A DNA stretch of 64,000 nt from assembly GCA_963841165.1 (NCBI GenBank), contig CAWJCA010000044.1:148007-212006 (forward strand), given 5' to 3'. The stretch is from an uncultured Gammaproteobacteria bacterium (GTDB taxonomy: Bacteria; Pseudomonadota; Gammaproteobacteria; Steroidobacterales; Woeseiaceae). The translations under genes were made by a program, and so were the position numbers. The notes under the pieces were generated by a model, which saw nothing but the letters and a program-made list of their open reading frames with translations, did not search any database and was not told the origin of the DNA. Below are positions 51,311-61,779 of this stretch, in pieces. Numbering within the stretch: the first letter of the stretch is position 1; every line of letters starts with the position of its first letter.

Positions 51311-52567
51311 TCAGGTGTCCTTGCGGATACCAAAAAGCTCGCGCGCAGCGTCAATAATTTCCTGATCAGACGCTTCACCCGCTTTGCGTAACCTCACGCT
51401 TGGGTTGTGCAGAATTTTTTTCATGAGCGCGGCGGTGGCGTATTCAACCGCGTCTTCAGCAGATTCACCGCGCGCCAGTCGCCGCCGCGCCTGCGCGTTG
51501 ACCTCGCTGCACAGCGCCTCGGTCTTCTCTCTCAGGGCCGCGATCACGGGTACGACCTCTTTTGATCGTTCGATATTCGTGTAACGAACGATCTCCTCGT
51601 CGAGTAAGCGATGCGCTTCGACCGCTGCGGCTTCGCGATTGCCCTGACCTTCGAGAATGACCTTGTCGAGATCGTCGATCGTATAAAGATAGACATCGTT
51701 GAGATCGGCAACACCGGCTTCGATGTCCCGCGGAACCGCGATGTCGACGGCAAAAATCGGTTTGTGCTTGCGCGCTTTGATGGCGGCTTTCATCTGTTGC
51801 ACGGTAATAATGGGTTCGGAGGCTGCAGTCGACGTAATCAATATGTCTGCTTCAGGCAAGGTTCCTTCGATCTCGGACAGCGGCAGCGCAAAGCCGCCGA
51901 ACGGGTGCGCAAGGTCCCGTGCTCTTTCAACGTTGCGGTTCGCGACGAACAGCCTGCCGATCTCACGTTTGTGAAGGTGCTTGGCGACCAGTTCGATTGT
52001 CACGCCGGCGCCGACCAGCAGCGCCGTGTGCTTCTTGAAGCCGGCAAAAAACTGGCTGGCAAGATTGACGGCGGCCGAGGCCACCGACACCGGGCTGGCA
52101 CCGATTTCCGTGTCGGTACGAATTTTCTTCGCGACTGCAAACGTGTGCTGAAACAAAAGGCCCAGTTTCGGGCCCAGCGTCTTGGCCTGCTGTGCGTGTC
52201 GAAACGCGTCTTTTAGCTGACCCAGAATCTGCGGCTCGCCGAGCACCATCGAATCCAGGCCGCAGGCTACCCGGAATATATGCCGAATCGCCTTGTCGTC
52301 CTGCAGCGTGAACAAGGTATCGCAACACAGTGGATCCAGTTCGCGATCTTCCTGTAACCAGGACTGCAGGCGCTCGCGGCCGCCGTCGCTCGTCATTACG
52401 TAAAACTCGGTGCGATTGCAGGTCGACAGCAACACCGCTTCGTCGACGCCCTCGAGTGCCATCAGGCTCTGCAGTGCGCGCGGCACGTCGTCGCCCGCGT
52501 AGACGACTCGCTCGCGTATTTCGACAGATGCCGTGTTATGGTTTAGCCCGAGTATTTGCAGCGGCAT
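51311..52567 (-). CDS. hemA: Glutamyl-tRNA reductase
   Basis: ATG 52567 gives MPLQILGLNHNTASVEIRE. Catalytic LSTCNRTEFY and the NADPH site LVGAGVTIE are present. 418 aa. The ORF-track extension to 52816 is upstream read-through. Confidence 0.92.
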   Translation of the reverse strand: MPLQILGLNHNTASVEIRERVVYAGDDVPRALQSLMALEGVDEAVLLSTCNRTEFYVMTSDGGRERLQSWLQEDRELDPLCCDTLFTLQDDKAIRHIFRVACGLDSMVLGEPQILGQLKDAFRHAQQAKTLGPKLGLLFQHTFAVAKKIRTDTEIGASPVSVASAAVNLASQFFAGFKKHTALLVGAGVTIELVAKHLHKREIGRLFVANRNVERARDLAHPFGGFALPLSEIEGTLPEADILITSTAASEPIITVQQMKAAIKARKHKPIFAVDIAVPRDIEAGVADLNDVYLYTIDDLDKVILEGQGNREAAAVEAHRLLDEEIVRYTNIERSKEVVPVIAALREKTEALCSEVNAQARRRLARGESAEDAVEYATAALMKKILHNPSVRLRKAGEASDQEIIDAARELFGIRKDT

Positions 52568-52673
52568 AACGTTACTGTTGGCGCCGATACGGCACTCAAG
52601 GATTGCGGAGTGCGTATGATAAGCGAACTGAACCGCGAGTTCCTTGTCTGTGTAATAAACGGACGACATTTTT

Positions 52674-54356
52674 ATGCATGAACTTCGACGATGGCCGTCA
52701 GCCGCAGTGCTGATAATGCTATTCGCCCTCACAATCCCCCCTGCGATCGCGGATGAGGCCAAAGCCTCGGATGCCAGTGCCCATATCCTGCAGGCCGAGA
52801 TGGCCCTGCAACGCAAGGACTACCTCAAAGCGACGATCGCGTACCGCAAAGCGGCCGAGATCAGCAATAGCGCCGAGACCGCGCGCAAAGCGACGACGGT
52901 CGCTTTTGCGTACGGTTTTGACGACGAAGCGCTTAAAGCGGCGAAACGCTGGGCCAAGCTGGACCCGGACAGCGACGAGGCACGGATCTATCTCGCGCAG
53001 AGCTACTTTCGCGTGAGTGATCTGCGTAATGCGCGGCGCCAGTTCCAGGCCCTCGTCGAAAAAGGGGAAGAGTCGCCGGGGCATCGCCTCGTTTCCCTGG
53101 TTCCTTATTTGTCCGAAGAAGGGGATCCGCAAAACGCCGACAAGCTCATGCGTACGTTGGCGAAACCGTACAAAAAATCGTCGCTGGCACACTATGCGGC
53201 GGCCGTGCTGGCGCTGGAGGCCGGCGATACCGAGCACGCGATGCAACGCGCTTTGAAATCCAGCGAGCTGGATCCCGACAACGTCAAGCCGAAACTGCTG
53301 TACGCCCGCGCACTGCTCATTGAAGGTAATCCCGATGAGGCCATCGAGTACACGGCGCGCATCATAGGTGATGATCCGGACCCGGATCCCGATGCCCGCA
53401 TGGAACTGGCCATCATGTACATGATGTCCGGACGCGATGACGATGCGCTCAGCCAGGTGAACCAGGTGTTACTGGAGCAATCCGGTCGTGCCGACGCGCT
53501 GCGCCTCATGGCCATCATCAATTTTCGCCAGGAATACCTCGACGCGGCCTGGGATGACTTTCAGGACCTGCTCGCGACGGGCCAGTACCGCATGGATGCC
53601 CTGTATTATCTCGCGCGCATTGCTGACTATCGCGAAGAGTTCAGTCGGGCAATTCTGCTTTATAGCGAAGTACGCTACGGCTCCAATGCCGTCGCCTCGC
53701 AGCGACGCGCGAGTGCGCTGCTCGCGTTCGAGGACGACGATGTTGACGGGGCAGTGGAGTTGCTCGACGAGTTTGCCGATAGTTCGCCGTCGCATGCGAT
53801 CGACATGCTCCTGGCGAAAGCGCAGCTATTCGCGTCCCTGGAGCAGTTCGAGCGATCGCTGGAGCTCTACGACCGGGTTGTCGAATTCCGGCCGGACGAC
53901 GAGGGCACGGCATTGAGCCGGGCCGAGCTGCTGCTGCGCATGGGTAGAGTAGACGCAGCACTCGATGCGTACTCGGTCGCGGTCAAACGGTGGCCAAAGA
54001 GCGCGCTCTCTTTGAATGCTTATGGATACACGCTTGCCGACCGAACAGACCGGTTCGTGGAGGCCGAAAAGCTCATTGTAAAAGCGATCAAGCTTGATCC
54101 GGACAACCCGGCGATCATCGACAGCCTGGGCTGGGTGCTTTACAAACTGGGTCGCCTGGATGAAGCGCGCGTCGAATTGCAGCGCGCCTACGACGGATTC
54201 GATGACCATGAGGTCGCCGCGCACCTGGTCGAAGTGCTGGTTGCGCTGGATCGCAGGACTGACGCGCTGGAGCTATTGGATGCGGCGCAAGTGAAGAGCC
54301 CCGACAGCACACTCCTTGAAAATGTTCGCACTCGATTTTTCCCTGATACGCCCTGA
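52674..54356 (+). CDS. Periplasmic TPR-repeat protein
   Basis: Signal peptide followed by many TPR-like repeats. It occupies the slot upstream of lolB, as in Pseudomonas-type synteny. Confidence 0.75.
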   Translation: MHELRRWPSAAVLIMLFALTIPPAIADEAKASDASAHILQAEMALQRKDYLKATIAYRKAAEISNSAETARKATTVAFAYGFDDEALKAAKRWAKLDPDSDEARIYLAQSYFRVSDLRNARRQFQALVEKGEESPGHRLVSLVPYLSEEGDPQNADKLMRTLAKPYKKSSLAHYAAAVLALEAGDTEHAMQRALKSSELDPDNVKPKLLYARALLIEGNPDEAIEYTARIIGDDPDPDPDARMELAIMYMMSGRDDDALSQVNQVLLEQSGRADALRLMAIINFRQEYLDAAWDDFQDLLATGQYRMDALYYLARIADYREEFSRAILLYSEVRYGSNAVASQRRASALLAFEDDDVDGAVELLDEFADSSPSHAIDMLLAKAQLFASLEQFERSLELYDRVVEFRPDDEGTALSRAELLLRMGRVDAALDAYSVAVKRWPKSALSLNAYGYTLADRTDRFVEAEKLIVKAIKLDPDNPAIIDSLGWVLYKLGRLDEARVELQRAYDGFDDHEVAAHLVEVLVALDRRTDALELLDAAQVKSPDSTLLENVRTRFFPDTP

Positions 54357-54963
54357 GAGCAAGGGATTTCGGAATGCCTGGCTGCTGGCAGGCCTGGGCC
54401 TGTTGGGAGCCTGTGCCACGACGCGTCAGGGCGTCGATCTGCCGGGTATCGATACGTGGGAATCGCGCATCGCGGTTCTTGGCGATATCCGCGAGTGGGA
54501 ATTCAAAGGGCGCATCGCCGTAAAAGCGGGCGATGAGGGCTTCAACGGCAAACTCAACTGGTCGCAGCTCGACGATACGTTCACGGCGACGGTCGGCGGG
54601 CCGCTCGGCATGGGTACGGTTCGTATCGAAGGCGATGATCGTTCCGTTGTCCTGACTGACAACGACGGTGTTGAAACGGTATTGACCGATGCCGAGCTCG
54701 AGTTGCGCCATCGCTATGGCTGGACGATTCCGGTCGCTTCTTTAAGATACTGGGCACTGGGTATTCCGGACCCCTCGATGGCTGCGGTGACTGATTTCGA
54801 TGAGCAGGACCGGCTCGTGCGACTCGAGCAAAGCAACTGGATCGTTGAAATATCGCGTTATCGCGAGGGTGGCGGCCAGCAAATGCCGCGCATATTGTCG
54901 GCCACGAACCCGGATACGCGGGTCCGGATGGTCATCGACAAGTGGTTGTTCTTCGATCGTTGA
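54316..54963 (+). CDS. lolB: Outer-membrane lipoprotein LolB
   Basis: Lipobox LLGAC. About 200 aa with a beta-rich LolB-like body (WEFKGRIAVKAGDEGFNGKLNWSQ). The start is uncertain (ATG 54316 or 54322, overlapping the end of the TPR gene). Confidence 0.72.
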   Translation: MKMFALDFSLIRPESKGFRNAWLLAGLGLLGACATTRQGVDLPGIDTWESRIAVLGDIREWEFKGRIAVKAGDEGFNGKLNWSQLDDTFTATVGGPLGMGTVRIEGDDRSVVLTDNDGVETVLTDAELELRHRYGWTIPVASLRYWALGIPDPSMAAVTDFDEQDRLVRLEQSNWIVEISRYREGGGQQMPRILSATNPDTRVRMVIDKWLFFDR

Positions 54964-55016
54964 CAGCACTGTACCCTCACCGCACAATTGCGCCGCAGCG
55001 CGTATTTCATATCCAT

Positions 55017-55091
55017 TGGGGCGTAGCCAAGCGGTAAGGCATCGGGTTTTGATCCCGTGTATCGCAGGTTCGAATCCTGCCGCCCCAGCCA
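55017..55091 (+). tRNA. tRNA-Gln (anticodon UUG)
   Basis: 75-nt cloverleaf TGGGGCG...TTTTGAT...GGTTCGAATCC...CGCCCCAGCCA, close to E. coli tRNA-Gln as I recall it. CCA is encoded. Confidence 0.93.
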
Positions 55092-55129
55092 TTTCACGTC
55101 GTTAAGGGGATATCGTGGAAGTTGGAACA

Positions 55130-56068
55130 ATGGCGGTCTTTACCGGCAACGCCCACCCGCAACTCGCGCAGGATATCGCCCGTTATCTCTGCATCCCTTT
55201 GTCGAAAGCTCATGTTGGTCGATTCTCGGACGGCGAAATAAACGTCGAAATCCTCGAGAATATTCGCGGGCGTGAGACGTTCATCATTCAGCCGACCTGT
55301 CCGCCGTCGGCTGAAAACCTCATGGAACTGCTGGTCATGGTCGATGCCGCCCGGCGCGCGTCGGCGGCACGAATTACGGCGGTCATTCCATATTTTGGTT
55401 TTGCACGCCAGGACCGGCGCCCAAGGTCCTCCCGAGTGCCGATTACGGCAAAGCTCGTCGCCAAGCTGATTGCGACGGCCGGCGTGGACCGGGTTCTGAC
55501 CGTCGATCTGCACGCGGACCAGATCATGGGTTTCTTCGACATCGCTGTCGACAACGTATATGCCTCTCCAATTCTGCTCGGCGACGCCTGGAAAAAGAAA
55601 TACCAGGACATGGTCGTCGTGTCGCCCGATGTTGGCGGCGTGGTCCGGGCCCGGGCGCTGGCAAAACGCCTTGGCGATGCCGACCTCGTCATCATCGACA
55701 AACGGCGTGCCCAGGCGAACCAGTCCGAGATCATGAACATCATCGGTGAAGTGGAAGGCAAGAACTGCGTGATGATCGATGACATGGTCGACACGGCCGG
55801 CACTCTTTGCCACGCGGCCAGTGCCCTGAAGTCGCACGGGGCGACTACGGTTGATGCCTACATTACGCACCCGGTCTTGTCCGGCCCGGCCGTTTCACGC
55901 ATCGCGGAATCGGAGCTCGACGAGATGGTCGTGACCGACACCATCCCGTTGAATGCGGAGGCGCGGGCCTGCAAGAAGATCCGGCAGCTGTCGACGGCCG
56001 AGCTCCTGGCCGAGACCATGCGCCGCATCAGCACCGACGAGTCCGTCAGCTCCCTTTACGTCGACTAG
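55130..56068 (+). CDS. prs: Ribose-phosphate pyrophosphokinase
   Basis: [45 protein letters not shown] and DDMVDTAGT. Confidence 0.93.
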   Translation: MAVFTGNAHPQLAQDIARYLCIPLSKAHVGRFSDGEINVEILENIRGRETFIIQPTCPPSAENLMELLVMVDAARRASAARITAVIPYFGFARQDRRPRSSRVPITAKLVAKLIATAGVDRVLTVDLHADQIMGFFDIAVDNVYASPILLGDAWKKKYQDMVVVSPDVGGVVRARALAKRLGDADLVIIDKRRAQANQSEIMNIIGEVEGKNCVMIDDMVDTAGTLCHAASALKSHGATTVDAYITHPVLSGPAVSRIAESELDEMVVTDTIPLNAEARACKKIRQLSTAELLAETMRRISTDESVSSLYVD

Positions 56069-56171
56069 CGCTTACGTTACGATGCCCGCCCTTGCGTGGA
56101 TTGGTCGCGATCCGCGTGTATTCAACTGCTTAAATTAAATAAGCAAAATCAATCAGTTATGGAGAACAGTC

Positions 56172-56876
<705 letters not shown>

Positions 56877-56896
56877 CCATCGTTGGTGTTTAATCG

Positions 56897-56925
56897 AAAA
56901 GACCGCCAATGGGCGGTCTTTTTGT
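56897..56925 (+). terminator. Intrinsic terminator after rplY
   Basis: AAAAGACCGCC-aatg-GGCGGTCTTTTTG. Confidence 0.65.
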
Positions 56926-56940
56926 TGAGAGCCCACTCCT

Positions 56941-57525
56941 ATGTCCAAGCAGATTCGCATTATCGCCGGCCTCGGTAATCCCGAGGAAAAATACGAACGC
57001 ACCCTGCACAATGCCGGGTTCTGGTTCGTGGACGCATTGGCGCGCAAGTACGGTGGCAGTTTCCGGTATGAGAAAAAATTTGACGCCGACCGCTGCCGCA
57101 TCAACCTGTGCGGCGAGAAGGTATGGCTGGTCAAACCGCAGAGTTTCATGAACTTGAGCGGTGGGCCGATACGGGCCATGCTTGACTACTACCGGCTGCG
57201 TTCGACCGAGTTGCTGGTGGCACACGATGAAATCGATCTGCCGCCTGGGACGACACGACTCAAACAGGGTGGCGGACACGGCGGCCACAATGGCCTGCGC
57301 GACATTATCAAACACTGTGGACCGAACTTCGTGCGCCTGCGCCTGGGCGTCGGACATCCGGGTGAGAAAAGCAAAGTGACGGGCTACGTTCTCAAACGTG
57401 GTTCGAATGATGTCGAAAACGCCGTCGAGAAAAACGTGGCCGAGGCGGTCGACATCATGCCACTGCTCCTGGACGAGGGCCTCAATGCGGCCATGAAACA
57501 ACTGCACACGAAAGAGCAACCCTGA
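56941..57525 (+). CDS. pth: Peptidyl-tRNA hydrolase
   Basis: [31 protein letters not shown] and [11 protein letters not shown]. Confidence 0.92.
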   Translation: MSKQIRIIAGLGNPEEKYERTLHNAGFWFVDALARKYGGSFRYEKKFDADRCRINLCGEKVWLVKPQSFMNLSGGPIRAMLDYYRLRSTELLVAHDEIDLPPGTTRLKQGGGHGGHNGLRDIIKHCGPNFVRLRLGVGHPGEKSKVTGYVLKRGSNDVENAVEKNVAEAVDIMPLLLDEGLNAAMKQLHTKEQP

Positions 57526-58616
57526 TGGCAATTACCTGCGGCATCGTCGGCCTGCCGAACGTGGGCAAGTCAACACTGTTTAATGCGTTGACCGCAGCCG
57601 AGATCGCGGCCGAGAACTATCCGTTTTGCACGATCGAGCCGAATGTCGGAATCGTGCCGGTTCCCGACCCGCGCCTGGCGGTGCTTACCGGCATCGTTAA
57701 ACCGCAGAAAACCCTGCCGACGACCATGGAGTTTGTCGACATCGCAGGCCTCGTTGCCGGCGCATCCAAGGGCGAGGGCCTCGGCAACCAGTTTCTTGCC
57801 AATATCCGGGAAACAAACGCAATTGCGCACGTCGTGCGATGTTTTGAAAACGACGACGTGACGCACGTAACGGGGACGATCGACCCACTGGATGATATCG
57901 AGACAATCAACACAGAGCTGGCCCTTGCCGATCTCGAGTCCGTCGAAAAGCAGTTCGACAAAGCTTCGCGCACGGCGAAAACGGGCCAGAAAGACGCTAT
58001 CGCGCATCGCGACGCACTTGCCGGAATCAAAGCGCATCTCGAAGAGGGTATGCCGGTTCGTTCGATGCAAACCAGCGACCTTCAAAAGGAGATACTCAGA
58101 AGCGTTTACCTGCTCACAGCAAAACCGGTCATGTACATCGCAAACGTGGACGAGGACGGATTCGTTGACAACTCACACCTTGAGGCCGTGCGGGCGTACG
58201 CGGAGAAAGAAGGTTCGGAAGTGGTTGCAATCTGTGCGGCCATCGAAGCCGAGATCGCCGTGCTCGATGACGACGACAAGGCCGAGTTCCTCGCGGACTT
58301 CGGAGCGAAGGAGCCGGGACTCAATCGCGTCATCCGCCACGGTTACGCGCTACTCGGTTTGCAGACCTTTTTCACCGCGGGACCCAAGGAAGTCCGTGCC
58401 TGGACCACGAAAGTCGGTGCGACCGCGCCGCAGGCGGCAGGCGAGATCCACACTGATTTTGAAAAAGGCTTCATACGTGCCGAGGTGATCTCTTATGACG
58501 ACTTCGTCGCCGGTAATGGCGAACAGGGCGCGAAAGAAGCGGGTCGGCTGCGCCTTGAAGGCAAGGAATACATTGTGCAGGAAGGCGACGTCATGCACTT
58601 CCTCTTTAACGTATGA
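57525..58616 (+). CDS. ychF: Ribosome-binding ATPase YchF
   Basis: [26 protein letters not shown], and a C-terminal TGS-like domain ending HFLFNV. Confidence 0.93.
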   Translation: MAITCGIVGLPNVGKSTLFNALTAAEIAAENYPFCTIEPNVGIVPVPDPRLAVLTGIVKPQKTLPTTMEFVDIAGLVAGASKGEGLGNQFLANIRETNAIAHVVRCFENDDVTHVTGTIDPLDDIETINTELALADLESVEKQFDKASRTAKTGQKDAIAHRDALAGIKAHLEEGMPVRSMQTSDLQKEILRSVYLLTAKPVMYIANVDEDGFVDNSHLEAVRAYAEKEGSEVVAICAAIEAEIAVLDDDDKAEFLADFGAKEPGLNRVIRHGYALLGLQTFFTAGPKEVRAWTTKVGATAPQAAGEIHTDFEKGFIRAEVISYDDFVAGNGEQGAKEAGRLRLEGKEYIVQEGDVMHFLFNV

Positions 58617-58632
58617 GCTATTCTTGAATTAT

Positions 58633-59256
58633 CTATTTTCCTTTGTGCATGCCGAACGACGGTAGTGACCAGTTATAGATAATCGCGAGCGCGCGTACCG
58701 CGAACCCTGCGATCACGGCGACGCCCAGCGATAAGGATTCGCCGAGTCCGATGTTGTCGGCCAGTACATAACAAACAGCCGCACAAAATGCTGCCGTTGC
58801 GTAGATTTCGCGGGACAGAATGAGCGGAATCTCATTACAGATAATGTCGCGAATCATGCCGCCGGTTACAGCGGTCGTGACGCCCAGCATGATGGCGACC
58901 AGGGCCCCCGTATTCTGCTGCAGACAAATCTCGGTCCCGAGCGCGGCGAACAGCGCCAGCCCCAGGGCATCCATCCAGATCAGGATCTGGCGGCGTGAGC
59001 CAGGCCTGTAAGAAGTGAAGAACACGACCAGTGCCGCGATGATTGCGACCGCGATATAGCGGTTGTCGGCGATCCAGAAGACGGGGACCCGGTCGATGAT
59101 AATGTCGCGGATCGTGCCACCGCCCACGGCCGGCATCAGTGCGAGCACGCAGAAGCCGAAAATGTCCATGTTCTTGCGCGACGCGGCCAGGGCACCGCTC
59201 ACCGCAAACGCCGCGGTACCGGTCATTTCGAGCAGGTAGACGAAACTCAGGTCCAT
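58633..59256 (-). CDS. UPF0126 / TRIC-type membrane protein (YadS/YicG-like)
   Basis: Two internal repeats of the glycine-rich helix motif (AVGGGTIRDII and AVTGGMIRDII). 207 aa with about 7 TM segments. Confidence 0.8.
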   Translation of the reverse strand: MDLSFVYLLEMTGTAAFAVSGALAASRKNMDIFGFCVLALMPAVGGGTIRDIIIDRVPVFWIADNRYIAVAIIAALVVFFTSYRPGSRRQILIWMDALGLALFAALGTEICLQQNTGALVAIMLGVTTAVTGGMIRDIICNEIPLILSREIYATAAFCAAVCYVLADNIGLGESLSLGVAVIAGFAVRALAIIYNWSLPSFGMHKGK

Positions 59257-59303
59257 TGGGGCCGACTGTACCCGAAAACAGGGACTCGGGCGCCCGGATT
59301 GCC

Positions 59304-59332
59304 TTGACAGTCGGCGGCCTCACCGGGAGAAT
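59304..59332 (+). promoter_or_regulatory. Candidate sigma70 promoter for tRNA-Met
   Basis: TTGACA (59304-59309), a 17-nt spacer, then GAGAAT (59327-59332), about 43 nt upstream of the tRNA 5' end. Confidence 0.3.
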
Positions 59333-59374
59333 CTGCGGCCCTCGAGGTGCCCTTCGGCAGCCGAGCCAGTATTC

Positions 59375-59451
59375 GGTGATGTAGCTCAGATGGTTAGAGC
59401 GGCGGACTCATAACCCGCAGGTCGGTGGTTCAATTCCACCCATCACCACCA
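59375..59451 (+). tRNA. tRNA with CAU anticodon (Met elongator; Ile2/lysidine type not excluded)
   Basis: 77-nt cloverleaf GGTGATG TA GCTC AGATGGTTA GAGC G GCGGA CTCATAA CCCGC AGGTC GGTGG TTCAATT CCACC CATCACC A CCA. There is one A:C mismatch closing the anticodon stem. Confidence 0.87.
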
Positions 59452-59460
59452 AGCAAATAA

Positions 59461-59490
59461 AAAGGGCGCCCTTGTGGCGCCCTTTATTAT
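59461..59490 (+). terminator. Intrinsic terminator after tRNA-Met
   Basis: AAAGGGCGCC-cttgt-GGCGCCCTTT followed by ATTATTT. Confidence 0.6.
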
Positions 59491-59593
59491 TTGCATGTGT
59501 GACGGAATGAGTTCGAACCACCGCAGGTGGTTCATCCGAGCACGACGCCGTCGTGCGACAGACGCGCGTAGCGCGAGGGCCGGAACGGCCCGG

Positions 59594-59615
59594 TCAATTC
59601 CACCCATCACCACCA
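59594..59615 (+). repeat. Direct repeat of the last 22 nt of tRNA-Met (att-like site)
   Basis: TCAATTCCACCCATCACCACCA is identical at 59430-59451 (inside the tRNA) and at 59594-59615. Confidence 0.9.
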
Positions 59616-59624
59616 TATAAAACA

Positions 59625-59660
59625 AAGGCTTAGGATATTTCCTAGGCCTTTTTTGTTTTT
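59625..59660 (+). terminator. Second intrinsic terminator, after the tRNA-end repeat
   Basis: AAGGCTTAGG-atattt-CCTAGGCCTT forms a 10-bp stem (one G:U), followed by TTTTGTTTTT. Confidence 0.6.
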
Positions 59661-59810
59661 CGAAATTGTATTTGTTACGAATTTGTCTTCTAGCAATACC
59701 CAGACATCAGTTTTCACAGATCGTGGCTTCCAGGCGCGAGGCGGATGCTCTGCCAGCAGTGTAGCGCCAGGATTGTCATGTTTGCAGTCGGCCAAGAGCA
59801 GACGTCGAAA

Positions 59811-60269
59811 TCAATTCTCAAATTTCCAAGAATTGATGCGGCACTTCCATGACCCGTCGGAGTACTTTGTCCATACCTTAAGCCATCGACTGGAACCAAT
59901 TTCCTTATTGCCGTCATTCCCCGTAAAGGTCGCCTTGCACACGCCGCGAGACCAAGCCATGTCCCCCGATTGAGAAACGTGAACCTCTAATTGCTCGCAA
60001 TCTAGGGAGAACTCAGGGTCAGAGAACGACTTCTTGTAGTAAGCCAATATCGCCTCTCTGCTGGTCAGCGGCGGTGCATCGGCAGGCGAAAAATACGGTT
60101 CTTGCGCAAGAAACGAAGACCACTTCGTAATGTCCTTTTCATTGGTCGCCTCCACCCAAGTTTTATAAGTTCTTCCGATAGCTTGTACGTCGGAATCCGC
60201 GGCATCAGTCGCCGAAACTGCAAAGAAAAAGAAAATTGGTGCTGCGAAGTAGTGGCAAAGATTTCGCAT
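59811..60269 (-). CDS. Secreted NTF2-fold (SnoaL/DUF4440-like) protein
   Basis: Signal peptide. A W..A....D......F......F.P......G..AI..YY pattern and a C-terminal W.KV..DGSWK..... are typical of DUF4440-like proteins. Lower G+C. Confidence 0.6.
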   Translation of the reverse strand: MRNLCHYFAAPIFFFFAVSATDAADSDVQAIGRTYKTWVEATNEKDITKWSSFLAQEPYFSPADAPPLTSREAILAYYKKSFSDPEFSLDCEQLEVHVSQSGDMAWSRGVCKATFTGNDGNKEIGSSRWLKVWTKYSDGSWKCRINSWKFEN

Positions 60270-60320
60270 TCGGCTTCCTGATTCTAGTCGTTTGGTGTTG
60301 TGAGAATGTCTAGGAGCGAC

Positions 60321-60400
60321 TGTCAGCTTTGGGTCATTATCAGCCGTTCAAGTAGATTTTAGCTCAATGTCTGCTTTCACCAAAAGCGGTCATTCAAATG
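60321..60400 (+). repeat. Intergenic double-hairpin repeat, copy A
   Basis: gtcaGCTTTGGGTCATtatcAGCCGTTCAAG...AGCTCAATGTCTGCTTTcaccAAAAGCGGTCATTCAAAT aligns with copies at 61137, 61679 and 63061. Confidence 0.6.
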
Positions 60401-60482
60401 ACTCAAAAAATGGTTTTTTGACAGGCGGCTAACGGCCAATAGCGGCCGCCCGCGGGCGTTCTGGAACGTTGCTCATCACTAT

Positions 60483-61073
60483 TTAATCGACGGGCCGAAA
60501 TCCATGGGCAACGACGGCCTCGACGGCTTCTCGGCCATCATCGTAAATTACCGTAATTCGACCCAATCCATGCTCGGCCCGCCTATCAATTTTCTTGACG
60601 GTGCCCTCATGCCCCCAACTGTCGGCGACCCTATCACCTTCCTCGAAGGGCAGTACCGTTTCGTCATAGGCTTCCAGAAAGCTAAATAAGGAACGCAGCC
60701 GTTCAATAAAACCTAAACGAGGAGCCGCCCGTGGGCTCGACATCTCTACGCCGCTTTTGAAGCTCGAATCGGTGTAGGTTTCGTTCTCCTCACCGGCAAC
60801 TCGTCCGCCGAGGTTGCGGGAAATTTGAAGCAACTTGGACAGAAGTGCTTCGTCGGGGTTCTTCGTAAAAACGTTACCGTCCGACCAGTCGAACCAGCCG
60901 TTTCCTTCACCGTACTTGCATGGCCCCAAGAAACGAGCGAAGTAGGGGCCCATGTCCGGTGCGAGCTCGAGCTCTGGATCCGACTCTACCAGGGAGAGCC
61001 ATTCCTCCACCGCTATTTCGGAGCCGTGTTCAAGAACGTCTTCTCGTCGTGTTGCGAAGAGTTCGTAACCCAT
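60483..61073 (-). CDS. Hypothetical protein (196 aa)
   Basis: Long ORF with an ATG start and coding-like composition. I recognise no family. The C-terminal approximately 50 aa resemble a small beta-barrel (EGDRV....G.EGTVKKI......G..TVIYDDG). Confidence 0.5.
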   Translation of the reverse strand: MGYELFATRREDVLEHGSEIAVEEWLSLVESDPELELAPDMGPYFARFLGPCKYGEGNGWFDWSDGNVFTKNPDEALLSKLLQISRNLGGRVAGEENETYTDSSFKSGVEMSSPRAAPRLGFIERLRSLFSFLEAYDETVLPFEEGDRVADSWGHEGTVKKIDRRAEHGLGRITVIYDDGREAVEAVVAHGFRPVD

Positions 61074-61136
61074 TCCGTTCCATGCTCAAGTTGAGTTAAT
61101 GTCGATCCGCGCGGCGAATGTTTCTCTATACATACG

Positions 61137-61204
61137 TCCGCTCTGGGTCAACAGCAGCCGTTCAGTAATTTATCACGCCAGGGGCTGCTTACGGCCAGAA
61201 GGAG
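61137..61204 (+). repeat. Intergenic repeat, copy B (first hairpin plus tail, second hairpin missing)
   Basis: gtCCGCTCTGGGTCAacagcAGCCGTTCAGt...caggGGCTgcTTACGGCCA. The tail resembles 60420-60440 (caggcGGCTAACGGCCA). Confidence 0.45.
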
Positions 61205-61221
61205 ACATTAGATAAATGCAA

Positions 61222-61629
61222 TTATGGACCGTTTAAAGCAGCGTGAACTATGAATGCGCCAAACACTATTGAAGCGATACCGGCGGGCCTAAAAGTCTTA
61301 TTGAATTTCTTGGCTGACCAAACTGCGAATTGCTTGTGCCTTGAGGGTCCTGCGATCAAGAGTCCGACACCAACGGCAACCATTAAATAACCAAAGGCGC
61401 CCATTACAGCTGGGTAGAGTGTTTGTTCAGAAAATGCGACAAATATCGCACCAAACGAGAGTCTGCTAACTATCTCGAATCCGTGAAAATACGTCATCCG
61501 ACTGAACTTCAAGATTCCGTTTGACCACTTATCAGGGTCGATGGCCATCACCACACTGAGCAAGATCATTAGAATCCCGAAAAACGCTATGGCGTACACA
61601 TACTTCTCCTTATGCTCTCTAAACAACAA
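61222..61629 (-). CDS. Hypothetical 4-TM membrane protein (135 aa)
   Basis: Four hydrophobic helices and an ATG start. Lower G+C. Confidence 0.55.
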   Translation of the reverse strand: MLFREHKEKYVYAIAFFGILMILLSVVMAIDPDKWSNGILKFSRMTYFHGFEIVSRLSFGAIFVAFSEQTLYPAVMGAFGYLMVAVGVGLLIAGPSRHKQFAVWSAKKFNKTFRPAGIASIVFGAFIVHAALNGP

Positions 61630-61678
61630 TTGCTCTACGTCAGTACTTTATGGCATGTCGTGCTGTTTAGAGCGGGAA

Positions 61679-61750
61679 GGTCTGCATCGGGTCATTAGCG
61701 GCCATTCAAGGCGATATTACGCGAATGTCTGCTTTTGCTGGTACATTTGG
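61679..61750 (+). repeat. Intergenic repeat, copy C
   Basis: gtctgcatcGGGTCATTAGCGGCCATTCAAGg...cGAATGTCTGCTTTtgctgg. It overlaps the 5' extension of ORF 61735, which argues for the downstream start at 61780. Confidence 0.5.
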
Positions 61751-61779
61751 ACGATCTTGTCCAAAAAGGGTCACGGCCA

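Noticed and set aside
51311-52816. The N-terminally extended ORF-track versions of several genes: hemA to 52816, lptD to 22744, prmC to 47373, mreB/C/D, rlpA, kmo, the CBS gene and gatB/gatC.
   Set aside because: The extensions overlap neighbouring genes or divergent promoters and have atypical composition. Each also contains an internal start that reproduces the conserved N-terminus. The internal starts were used instead.
59452-59615. The hairpin-rich spacer plus the tRNA-end copy as a second tRNA, a tmRNA-like gene or another tRNA-like gene.
   Set aside because: The copy lacks the 5' half of the T-stem (cccgg instead of ggtgg before TCAATTCCACC). No acceptor 5' strand, D-arm or anticodon arm can be drawn. 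It is only the 3' 22 nt.
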